NCBI GenBank assembly: GCA_963813315.1
Contig: CAWEYO010000017.1
Span: forward strand, 52,172 to 116,171
Direction: 5' to 3'
From: an uncultured Alphaproteobacteria bacterium
Lineage (GTDB): Bacteria; Pseudomonadota; Alphaproteobacteria; Rhizobiales; Rhizobiaceae
Length of the DNA: 64,000 nucleotides
A model generated the notes under the pieces. That model made no database searches. It was not told where the DNA came from and was given only the letters and a program-made list of their open reading frames with translations. Within the stretch, counting starts at the first letter, position 1, and the number at the start of each line of letters is the position of its first letter. Of this stretch, positions 55,191 through 64,000 are shown piece after piece. The position numbers were made by a program, and so were the translations under genes.

Positions 55191-55220
55191 GCCCGCGCAG
55201 CAAGCAGCTGGCGGGCTTTT
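55191..55220 (+). terminator. strong orphan intrinsic terminator in the usp-RTX spacer
   Basis: GCCCGC(G)CAGC-AAGCA-GCTGGCGGGC followed by TTTT. No annotated plus-strand gene ends nearby (usp stops 444 nt upstream). Confidence 0.6.
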
Positions 55221-55310
55221 CGGGCAGGCTAAACAAAACCCTGGGGCGGGACGACGGCGTCAATGGAACGTCGTCCAGCTTCACGCAAGGAACGGAGTAG
55301 TTCGTAAAAA

Positions 55311-58300
55311 ATGACTATCCTCACCGTCGATCTCGTCCAGCCCGCAACCGGGAACAAATATCACACCCTCCAGGCCGCAATCGATGCGCCCGCGGATGGC
55401 ATCGCGCCTTCGGCCCTTTCGCCGCTCACAGTGCAAGGCATGGCGGCCTATGCCGGGGTCATGACGGCGTTCGGCGGCACGAGCGGCGACGACTGGGCAG
55501 ACGCGGACAAATGGAATGCTGACCTGGATTCACCGGCGGTACGGATTCCGAGCTTCAAGGACGGGATCGGCGATCCGTTCAACGACGCGTCGCGCGGCGA
55601 CGGACGACAGCTCCGACGGCGGCGCCGGCGACGACACGATCGACGGCGGCGCCGGACGAGCGACACGCTCGATCGGCGGCGCCGGCAACGACACGATCAC
55701 CTTCGACGGCTCGGACGTTTCGATTGTCGGCGGTGCTGGCACCGACACTTTGCTCGTGACCGGAGCCGCAACGATCAACCTGTCCCTGGTGGACCAGTCC
55801 TCCTTCGACACGGCGATTGTCTCCGGCTTCGAGAATGTCGATGCGTCAAGCGTCGAGCACGGCCGTCAGCCTGACGGGCGATGCCAACGCCAATAAGCTT
55901 ACCGGCGGTCTCCGGCGCCGACGCGATCACGGCGGCGCGGGCGACGATCGATCACGGTGGCATCGGCAACGATATGACGGCGGCGGCGCGGCGACGACAC
56001 GCTCACCGGCGGCGCCGGCAGCGATACGATCGACGGCGCTGACAGGCGAACGACACGATCACTTCGACGCCTCGGACGCTTCCGATTGACGGCGGGATGG
56101 GCACCGACACTTTGAGTGTGACCGGAGCCGCAACCGATCGGACCCTGTCCCTGGCGGGACCAGTCCTTGAGCGACACAGCGATTGTCTCCGGCTTCGAGA
56201 ATGTCGATGCGTCAACGTCGAGCGCGGCCGTCAGCGCTGACGGGCAGTTCCGGCGCCAATGCGCTCACCGGCGGTCTGCAACGCCGACACGATCATGGCG
56301 GCGCCGGCGCCGACACGCTCGACGGCGGCGCCGGCAACGACACGATCTACCTTCGACGGCTCGGACGTTTCGATTGCCGGCGGGGCTGGCACCGACACTT
56401 TGCTGGTGACCGAAGCCGCAACGATCAACCTGTCCTGGTGGACCGGCCGGCAATATCTCGGGCTTCGAGATTGTGGATGCGTCAAATTCGAGCGTGGCCG
56501 TCAGCCTGACGGGCGATGCCAACGCCAATTCGCTCTCCGGCGGTAATGCAGCCGACACGATCATCGGCGGCGCAGGCGACGACACGCTCTCGGCTACGAC
56601 GGCGACGACACGATCTCCGGCGGCGAAGGCGCCGACAGGATCTATGGCGATCGTCGGAGCGAAGACTCAATCACCGGCGGCGCGGGCGCCGACGCGCTCT
56701 ACGGCGGGGAGGACGACGACACGATCAGCGGCGGCGACGGGCGACGACACGATCGACGGCGGTGAGGGCTTTAACGAAATCGATGGCGATGCCGGCAATG
56801 ACTGCGATCAATGCAGGCAGCCGCGGCGAAGACGTCGCGAGCGTGAGCGGCAGCACGGTCGATGGCGGCGCCGGCGCCGACATGATCACCAGCGGGGATG
56901 GCAAAGATACGATCCGCGGCGGTGCGGACGCCGACACGATCAACCTCGCCAATAATAATTTCGTCGCGGGCAAGTCGATCGATGGCGGAGATGGCACCGA
57001 CGCGATCATGCTGACCAACGCGACTATGGTCGACTTCACCACGGGCACGGTCTCCGGCGTCGAGACGCTCACCGGCAGCGGCAGCAGCGACACCGTGACG
57101 GTGAGTGCCCTCCAGTGGGCGGGATTCACCACGATCAATCTCGGCGACGGCACGGACGTGCTCAACATCAAAGCGAGCGGTGACATTTCCGGGCTCAGCG
57201 TCCCGGCGTCGATCGTCGGTATCGAAACCGTCAATCTCACCGGAACGACCGGCAGCGACAAGCTCACCGGCGCCCAGCTCAACGCTATTATTCAGGGCGA
57301 CGGTACGATCAATCTCGGCGCCGGTGCCGATACGATCAAGCTGACCTCGACCTCGACAGACCTCATCAACGCGCTTTCTAATGCGTCGCTCTCGAACGTC
57401 GAGACGATCTCGGCGTCGGGCGTCACGGCTGCCGTGGAGATTGACCTGAGCAAACAGACCGAGGCTTTCACCATCACCGGCGGCGCAGGCGCCGACACGA
57501 TCGCCGGCGGCGCAGGCGCCGACACGATCACCGGCGGCACCGGCAAAGCGGGCAGCAGGCTCTATGGCGCAACGGGCGACGACAAGATCACCGGCGGGAA
57601 TGGCGCCGACAGGATCAGCGGCGGGGCGGGCGCCGACAAGATTGCCGGCGGGAATGGCGCCGACAGGATCGATGGCGGTGCGGGGACGCCGACGCCATCA
57701 ACGGCGGCGCGGGCGACGATACTGTCAGCGGCGGAGCGGGCGCCGACATGCTGAGCGGCGGCGCCGGCAACGACGTCTATGTCGTCGATAACACCGGCGA
57801 CAAGGTCATTGAGAGCGTGTCGGGCGGGCTCGATGGCATACAATCCTCGATCACTTTCAGTCTGGTGAGTGTCGGCACTGTCGAGACCCTGACGCTGACA
57901 GGCTCCGGCAACATCAAGGGCACGGGCAATGCCTCCAACAACAAACTGACCGGCAACACCGGCGCCAACACGCTTGACGGCGGCGCGGGCAATGACATGC
58001 TGAACGGCGGCGTGGGCAAGGATATGCTCACCGGCGGGGTGGGCAAGGATACGTTCTTCTTCAACGCCGCATTGAGCGCGGCCAACAGCGACAAGATCAA
58101 CGATTTCTCGGTTGCTGACGACACGGTGCGGATGGAAAACGCGGTGTTCGCCGCGCTGAAGGCAACCGGCACTTTGGCCGAGAGCGCCTTTTATGCGGGT
58201 GCTGCGGCGCACGATGCCAGCGACCGCATCATCTACAACAAGGCGACCGGCGCGCTGAGCTACGACGCTGATGGCAAAGGCGGCACTGCTGCGGTGCAGT

Positions 58301-58356
58301 TTGCCACGCTCGGCAGCGGGCTGGCGCTCACCCATGCCGATTTCATGGTGGTGTGA
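55311..58356 (+). pseudogene. large RTX-type calcium-binding repeat protein, at least 8 frame breaks between about 55590 and 57680
   Basis: Many GGAGxDT nonapeptide repeats, three internal modules (..FDGSDVSI.GGAGTDTLLVTGAATINLS...IVSGFENVDAS..AVSLTG..) and an intact C-terminal part (57748-58356) ending ..THADFMVV. Confidence 0.75.
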
Positions 58357-58454
58357 CGGGCTTGGACAAAGGATCCCTCTCTTGCGTCGCCAACGCCACC
58401 GTGAAGTTCGGACGGCACGCAGCCGCTCATGCCGAAAGACTTCATTGACGGGAC

Positions 58455-58478
58455 ATAAAGACTTGTTTATATCTTTAT
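58455..58478. promoter_or_regulatory. AT-rich perfect inverted repeat, possible operator upstream of the methyltransferase gene
   Basis: ATAAAGA-N10-TCTTTAT, 28 nt upstream of the ATG at 58506, in an otherwise GC-rich context. Confidence 0.25.
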
Positions 58479-58505
58479 CCATTCCCTGGAGCGAAGGCTG
58501 CTGAC

Positions 58506-59523
58506 ATGACGAACAACCCCTTTGATGCGCTTCTCGCCGAAAAGGGCGTCCTGCTTGCCGACGGCGCGACCGGAACAAACCTCTTTGCCATGGGACTGGA
58601 AGCCGGAGAAGCGCCGGAGCTCTGGAACGAGTTCCGCGCCGGAGAAGATAGCGGCGCTGCATCAGGGCTTCGTCGATGCCGGTGCCGACATCATCCTCAC
58701 CAATTCATTCGGCGGCACCAGGCACCGCCTGAAGCTGCACCATGCCGAAAACCGCGTGCGTGAATTGAACAAACGCGCGGCCGAGATCGCTCGCGGCGTG
58801 GCTGACAAGGCCGGACGGAAAGTCATCGTGGCGGGTTCGGTCGGCCCGACTGGCGAGTTGCTCATTCCGCTCGGGGCGCTTACCTATGAGGATGCCGTTG
58901 ACGCCTTTGCCGAGCAGATCGAGGGCCTGAAGGCCGGCGGCGCAGAAGTCGCCTGGATAGAGACGATGTCGGCGCCGGAAGAAATCCGCGCCGCGGCCGA
59001 AGCGGCGATTCGCGTCGGCCTGCCCTACACCTACACCGGCTCTTTCGATACGGCCGGCCGCACGATGATGGGACTTCTGCCGAAGGACATTCACGGCGTG
59101 GCCGAGGGACTTGCGGAAGCGCCATTGGGCGTCGGTGCCAATTGCGGCGTGGGAGCGTCCGACATCCTGGCTTCGCTGCTCGATATAACCGAGGCAAAAG
59201 GCGACGCAACTATCATTTTGAAGGGCAACTGCGGGATTCCGGAATTCCGCGGATCGGAGATCCACTACTCCGGCACGCCGGAACTGATGGCGGACTATGT
59301 GCGGCTTGCCGTCGATGGCGGCGCGCGGATTGTCGGCGGCTGCTGCGGCACCTCGTTTGCCCACCTCGCTGTCATGCGGAAAGCCCTCGATGCGCACACC
59401 AAGGCGTCGCGGCCGACCGTCGAGACCATCGTCGAGCGAATCGGACCGCTGCGCAACAAGACCGCGAGCGCCACACCCGCGACCGACGCCGGGCGCCGCG
59501 AGCGCCGCCGCGCCCGCGTTTGA
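58506..59523 (+). pseudogene. homocysteine S-methyltransferase family (betaine--homocysteine methyltransferase-like), one frame break near 58640
   Basis: MTNNPFDALLAEKGVLLADGATGTNLF..PELWNEFRA, then EKIAALHQGFVDAGADIILTNSF...GGCCGT continues in ORF 58522-59523. Confidence 0.8.
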
Positions 59524-59853
59524 CAAGAAACAGGCGCCCAAACAGCAAGGACAAAACCTGCTTTGCGGCAACGCCCTGCCCGCCCTTTGCCCTTTCGAAC
59601 AGGAGCCAGGCGTTTCCGGGGCCTCGCCCCAGGAATTTTCGACCAGCCGCATGACAATGTGGCGGCTGTTTCGATCATCAGTGCCAGTTGCGCACGCGGA
59701 ACGTTAGCCATTTCAAAGCCATAATCAGCGGTCAAGCTTATGTGTTGTCGGAAACAAGGGTTGGGCATCCCGTTTGTTTTCCAGCGATTGAATATTGGCG
59801 ATCACCGGACCTTTGGGGGCACGGGCTCGGCCTGATCGAAGCGTTGGTAAAAC

Positions 59854-60747
59854 GTGGAGGGTTCGACCGTGCAAACGTTCAGGCCATCGCCGGCCCGGCC
59901 GGCAAGGCGAGCGGTGCGGCCTCAGTGGCGCGCGCCCGAAAGCAAACCCCTTCAGCTTACGGAGAAAAACACCGTCGAACTTGCGGCGCGCCCGCGAGCG
60001 ATCATTGCCAGCTTTGGAATGGTGGCTCTGCTCGGCTTCGGGGCTGTTACTGCGCTCACCGTCGAAAACACGTCCGGACTGCAAGCCGAGGCCGAAACGC
60101 AGTCAGTGCCGGTAGCACAAAAGCCGACCCCGGAGGGGGCGTCGCCTCAAATCGCCGACGCAACGCAGGCTGCTGATCAACCGTCGAAAGAAGTTGTCAT
60201 CGCACGGCAAGACCCGGCCCGCCAACAGCAGGCGCAACCGGCTCCCACGCCGCAACTAGCCGCAATTGTCGCGCTACAACCGGAAATCCGGGTGCTGAAC
60301 CACGACGACCCGCGATGGGCGCGTGCAGCGGAACCAGCGCGCGCGGCGGTGGCGGCAGCGCCCCGGCATGAAGCATCCGCGACCAGCTCATATATCATGG
60401 CCTTCGCCGACCCGATGGAGAAACCGGTCAAAATGCCGGAGAAGGCGCCAGAAGCCCAATCGCCCGGCGATCAAATCATTACCGCGGCGATCCCGAGATT
60501 TGCTGCCGAACGCCCCGCACCGGTGCCGACGGATGCCGCCCGCGAAGACCGGGCAGAGGAGACCAAGCCGGTCCAGCGAGCGCGCATCCGGACGGCGGTC
60601 AACATGCGCTCTGGTCCAGCCGACGAGGCGCGGGTGATTGGCGTGGTGCCGACCAACGCGACGGTCAATCTCGTCCGCTGCACCGAATGGTGCGAGATTG
60701 TCTTCAAGGAACGCCGCGGCTGGATCTACAAGGGGTTTGTCAAGTAG
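59854..60747 (+). CDS. membrane-anchored SH3b-domain protein
   Basis: TM span IIASFGMVALLGFGAVTALTV, a Pro/Ala-rich linker and a C-terminal bacterial SH3 motif VNMRSGPADEARVIGVVP.NATVNLVRC.EWCEI...RGWIYKGF. The start is uncertain. Confidence 0.55.
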   Translation: MEGSTVQTFRPSPARPARRAVRPQWRAPESKPLQLTEKNTVELAARPRAIIASFGMVALLGFGAVTALTVENTSGLQAEAETQSVPVAQKPTPEGASPQIADATQAADQPSKEVVIARQDPARQQQAQPAPTPQLAAIVALQPEIRVLNHDDPRWARAAEPARAAVAAAPRHEASATSSYIMAFADPMEKPVKMPEKAPEAQSPGDQIITAAIPRFAAERPAPVPTDAAREDRAEETKPVQRARIRTAVNMRSGPADEARVIGVVPTNATVNLVRCTEWCEIVFKERRGWIYKGFVK

Positions 60748-60934
60748 GTCCACGCCCCCGCCCGGTTCGTTACTGGTCTGATGATGCCACGCGCTCAATG
60801 CGGCACGGGCTGTTCAGCGATTTCCGCATTTTTTTCGGCTGCCTGGAATAGGACGCTCCTCCGGCGCGTTGTGATAGCAGATCGGCCACGCGCCGCCTGG
60901 CGCCGCCTGCATCCGACATTGGGAGAGTGTCATC

Positions 60935-61312
60935 ATGAGGACAATCGCTTTGGGAATAGCAGCTTTGCTCGTCGGCACGGCCGCCGCATTTGCCGATGAA
61001 CCGGCCAAGACCATGGATAGCTCTGCGGGCAAGATCTACACCGATGCCAAGGGCATGACGCTTTACACATTCGACAAGGACGCGGCCGGCAAGTCGAATT
61101 GCGACGGCGACTGCGCTGCGAAATGGCCGCCCTTGATGGCAGCCGCTGACGCGAAAGCGGAAGGCGAATGGACCATCGTGGAACGAAGCGACGGGTCCAA
61201 AATGTGGGCCTATGAAGGCAAGCCGCTTTACACTTACGCCGACGACAAAAAGGCTGGAGACATGACGGGCGAAGGCAAGGGCGGCGTCTGGCACGTCGCC
61301 AAAGCGGACTGA
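60935..61312 (+). CDS. secreted protein with two COG4315-type repeats (Lipoprotein_15 family)
   Basis: Signal peptide MRTIALGIAALLVGTAAAFA. Repeats G.TLYTFDKD..GKS.C.G.CA..WPP and G.PLYTYADD.K.GD..G. Confidence 0.75.
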   Translation: MRTIALGIAALLVGTAAAFADEPAKTMDSSAGKIYTDAKGMTLYTFDKDAAGKSNCDGDCAAKWPPLMAAADAKAEGEWTIVERSDGSKMWAYEGKPLYTYADDKKAGDMTGEGKGGVWHVAKAD

Positions 61313-61498
61313 TTATCCGGCGCTTGATGCCGAAGGCGCTGATCGCCGTATGAAATCGACGGGCCTTGGTCCGGGGATCATGTTTCGGGACACTGCACGC
61401 TCAGCCAGTAGCGTCCGCTTCTGGCAGTCGGGCTGTAGGCGGCGATATTGAAAGGCTGTAGGCGATCCCTGTTGTCGTCAAGAGCATCGTAACGCCGT

Positions 61499-62185
61499 TC
61501 AGGCCGAGAAGCTTGCCATATGGAACGCCTGCGCGTCTGCCGGATACCGGTAGTCTGACCCGTAAGGGCAGGCGTTGCGGGAAAGGCAACCGCTCGCGCG
61601 GCAGCGGGTGCCGGCTGGTCCTCGTACAAAAGCCAAGCAGTCCGCATGAGCGAATCCTGTGTCGACGAACGCCCCTGCCGGACAGGCATTAATGCAAGGT
61701 TTTCCGTCACATAGATCGCAAAGATGAATCGGTTCCTCAGCGGGCGGAATGAAAAGCTCCGCGTCAAAGAACAGCGCGCCTCGATAGGCGTGCCACAGGC
61801 CAAACCGCGGATGCATCAGAATGCCGAGCGGCGATGGCTTCAGCCCTTCGGCCCGCATCGCCCACTGCTGGAACGGCAGGTATGGCCTGTCCGAAGGAGA
61901 GGCCGCAGAGGCGCCGGCCTGTCGCGCGACGTCGCCCAGGACCATGCGGGACCAGGCGTCGAGTGGATCGGCGAGACTTGCGGGCTGGCTCTTGCGCCAG
62001 CGCAGGAAATGGGGCCAGGGCGCCGCTCCCCCCTGCCCTACGAGAAGCAGCGACCTTGCCGGCTTTCCCGACGGACCCGCGGGCGGGTTTTCGTCTGCGC
62101 CGAAGACAAAGCCGCCGCGAAGCATCAGGCCGTGCCCGGCAAGGGCGGCGGCGATTTCGTCGAGACTGGGCACAGATGTCGCCAT
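61499..62185 (-). CDS. 4Fe-4S ferredoxin-type domain protein
   Basis: CDLCDGKPCINACPAGA plus a second Cys cluster C..........C....GC....ACPYG. Start chosen at MATSVPSL. Confidence 0.65.
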   Translation of the reverse strand: MATSVPSLDEIAAALAGHGLMLRGGFVFGADENPPAGPSGKPARSLLLVGQGGAAPWPHFLRWRKSQPASLADPLDAWSRMVLGDVARQAGASAASPSDRPYLPFQQWAMRAEGLKPSPLGILMHPRFGLWHAYRGALFFDAELFIPPAEEPIHLCDLCDGKPCINACPAGAFVDTGFAHADCLAFVRGPAGTRCRASGCLSRNACPYGSDYRYPADAQAFHMASFSA

Positions 62186-62305
62186 CCAGCAACTCACGAT
62201 CACGCGCCGCAATCAGCGCTTCCGTCCCGGATCGGAGAAAGCACTCCGCCAGACTTCCTTGTGTATAATGTTGGCCACTTTAGCCCGGCCGGATTCGGGC
62301 TCCCT

Positions 62306-63883
62306 TCACGTGAAGGCGTCGGGCATCGACTCCTTCTTTTTCGCAATGAAGTCCTTCAGGCCTTCCTCGATGCCCGGATCGAGGTACGGCGCCTGGTAGC
62401 TTTCAAGCCAGCGGCGTGCAAGTTCGTTGGCGCGCTGCGGCGCGGTTTTCTCGCCTTCGGCCAGCCATTGCTCGTACGAATTGTTGTCGGCAATCGACGA
62501 GCGGTAAAACGCGCTCTGAAAGTTCGCCTGGGTGTGATCACAACCGAGAAAGTGGCTGCCTGGCCCCACTTGGCGGATCGCGTCCATTGCCTGTCCGTTT
62601 TCGGACAGGTCGATGCCGGCGGCGAATTTTTGCTGCATGCCGAGCTGATCGATGTCCATCATGAACTTCTCGTAGCAGGAGGCGAGGCCGCCTTCGAGCC
62701 AGCCGGCGGAGTGCAGCACGAAATTGGCGCCGGCCAAAATCGTCGAGTTCAGCGTGTTGGCGCTTTCATAGGCCGCCTGCGCGTCCGGAACCTTGGAGGC
62801 GCAGAGCGAGCCGCCGGTACGAAACGGCAGGCCGAGACGGCGCGCCAGTTGGGCGGCGCCATAGGAAACGAGCGACGGCTCCGGCGTACCGAAGGTCGGC
62901 GCGCCCGACTGCATGGAGATCGACGAGGCGAATGTTCCAAACAGCACCGGCGCGCCCGGCCTGATGAGTTGGGTAAAGGAAGCGCCGGCCAGGACCTCGG
63001 CCAGGACCTGCGTCAGCGTGCCGGCGATCGTCACCGGACTCATGGCGCCCGCGAGGATAAAAGGAGTGACGATGCAGGCCTGGTTGTTGCGCGCATAGAC
63101 CTTCAGCGCGCCAAGCATCGTTTCGTCGAAAACCATCGGCGAGTTGGCATTGATCAGATTGATGACAACGGTGTTCTCATCGACGAATTTCTCGCCGAAC
63201 AGGATTTTCGCCATCGCAACCGTATCTTCAGCGCGCTCAGGCGCGGTCACCGAACCCATAAAGGGCTTGTCGGAAAGGCGCATGTGCGAAAACACCATGT
63301 CCAGATGGCGCTTGTTCACCGGGATGTCGACCGGCTCGCACACCGTGCCCCCGGAATGATGGATCGACGGCGCCATATAGGCGAGCTTCACGAAATTCCT
63401 GAAATCCTCGATCGTGGCGTAGCGGCGGGCGCCGTCGAGATCGCGTACGAAAGGCGGCCCGTAGACCGGCGCGAAAACCGTGGCATTGCCACCGATCTGG
63501 ACCGAGCGCTCCGGATTTCTCGCGTGCTGGGTAAATACGGAGGGCGCTGTCTTGAGCAGCGAACGGCAGAGCCCACGCGGAAAATGGACACGCTCGCCCT
63601 TTACGTCTGCGCCGGCGCCCTTCCACAGTTCGAGCGCTTCGGCGTCGTCGCGGAAGTCGATGCCGATCTCCTCGAGCACGGTTTCGGCATTCTTCTCGAT
63701 GAGCGCCAGGCCCTCTTCGTCGAGCACCTCGTATACCTTGATCTTGCGGTCGACGTAGGTCTGCTGCACGCCGGGGCCGCCGCCGGAACGCGCCGCGCGC
63801 CGTGCCGCCGCACCGCCTCCGCGATCACCGCGGGCTCGCCTTGCGCCACCGGCTTCCTGTTCGACTGCCAGGTTCTCGTCCAT
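62306..63883 (-). CDS. MttB-superfamily methyltransferase (trimethylamine methyltransferase family, no in-frame amber codon)
   Basis: 525 aa, intact. Arg/Gly-rich N-terminus and conserved blocks INLINANSPMVFD, TPFILAGAMSPVT and SAGWLEGGL. Confidence 0.85.
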   Translation of the reverse strand: MDENLAVEQEAGGARRARGDRGGGAAARRAARSGGGPGVQQTYVDRKIKVYEVLDEEGLALIEKNAETVLEEIGIDFRDDAEALELWKGAGADVKGERVHFPRGLCRSLLKTAPSVFTQHARNPERSVQIGGNATVFAPVYGPPFVRDLDGARRYATIEDFRNFVKLAYMAPSIHHSGGTVCEPVDIPVNKRHLDMVFSHMRLSDKPFMGSVTAPERAEDTVAMAKILFGEKFVDENTVVINLINANSPMVFDETMLGALKVYARNNQACIVTPFILAGAMSPVTIAGTLTQVLAEVLAGASFTQLIRPGAPVLFGTFASSISMQSGAPTFGTPEPSLVSYGAAQLARRLGLPFRTGGSLCASKVPDAQAAYESANTLNSTILAGANFVLHSAGWLEGGLASCYEKFMMDIDQLGMQQKFAAGIDLSENGQAMDAIRQVGPGSHFLGCDHTQANFQSAFYRSSIADNNSYEQWLAEGEKTAPQRANELARRWLESYQAPYLDPGIEEGLKDFIAKKKESMPDAFT

Positions 63884-64000
63884 GAACTTGTCCCTTGAAT
63901 ATTGTGCCAGCGCCCTGTCGCGCGCCTCTTGCGGGATCGTACCCTTCGACCCAAGGCAAAACGGCCCGACAGCGCCAAGACCTGTCGCAAAATCGACAAG

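Noticed and set aside
63884-64000. The mttB reading frame stays open upstream of the ATG at 63883 to the window edge, suggesting a longer protein or a fusion
   Set aside because: An open stretch of 39 codons is unremarkable in high-GC DNA. The Arg/Gly-rich segment right after the ATG matches the usual MttB-family N-terminus. The upstream translation (LVDFATGLGAVGPFCLGSKG..) has no recognisable family features. This cannot be settled without the sequence beyond 64000.

Overview
High-GC chromosomal segment. Gene content and order look like a member of the Hyphomicrobiales/Rhizobiales (alphaproteobacteria). This is an inference from recognisable protein N-termini and from synteny such as purC-purS-purQ...purL-bolA-grxD and nifS-sufB-sufC-sufD-sufS-sufA. 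About 60 protein-coding genes are present, nearly all housekeeping: pccB, a Cox/Xdh-type molybdenum-cofactor maturation cluster, purB, purCSQL, bolA/grxD, ttcA, a SELENBP1-like protein, nadE, tag, dgkA, class II DAHP synthase, the suf operon, anmK, tyrS, an AsmA-like giant protein, bcp, an RTX repeat protein, a betaine-homocysteine methyltransferase and a non-Pyl MttB homologue. I recognised no rRNA, tRNA, CRISPR, transposase, integrase or phage genes. I do not see a convincing new multi-gene system. Four things stand out. (1) The intergenic DNA of the first 37 kb is crowded with four families of structured palindromic repeats, and two of these families share an identical 11-nt loop on different, co-varying stems. 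(2) Four back-to-back ~77-bp hairpins, each bounded by CTAG, lie between ttcA and the SELENBP1-like gene. (3) Two blocks (about 38.2-48.4 kb and 55.5-58.7 kb) have frames broken again and again by single-base changes in genes that are normally indispensable (sufBCDS, tyrS). Long genes elsewhere are intact, so this looks like sequence-quality error rather than biology. (4) There are smaller items: an Irr ICE-like box upstream of suf, a cupin gene embedded in suf, purC with ATA where ATG is expected, two small unannotated ORFs and an orphan terminator. All start codons were chosen by eye and are approximate. No database search or folding program was run.
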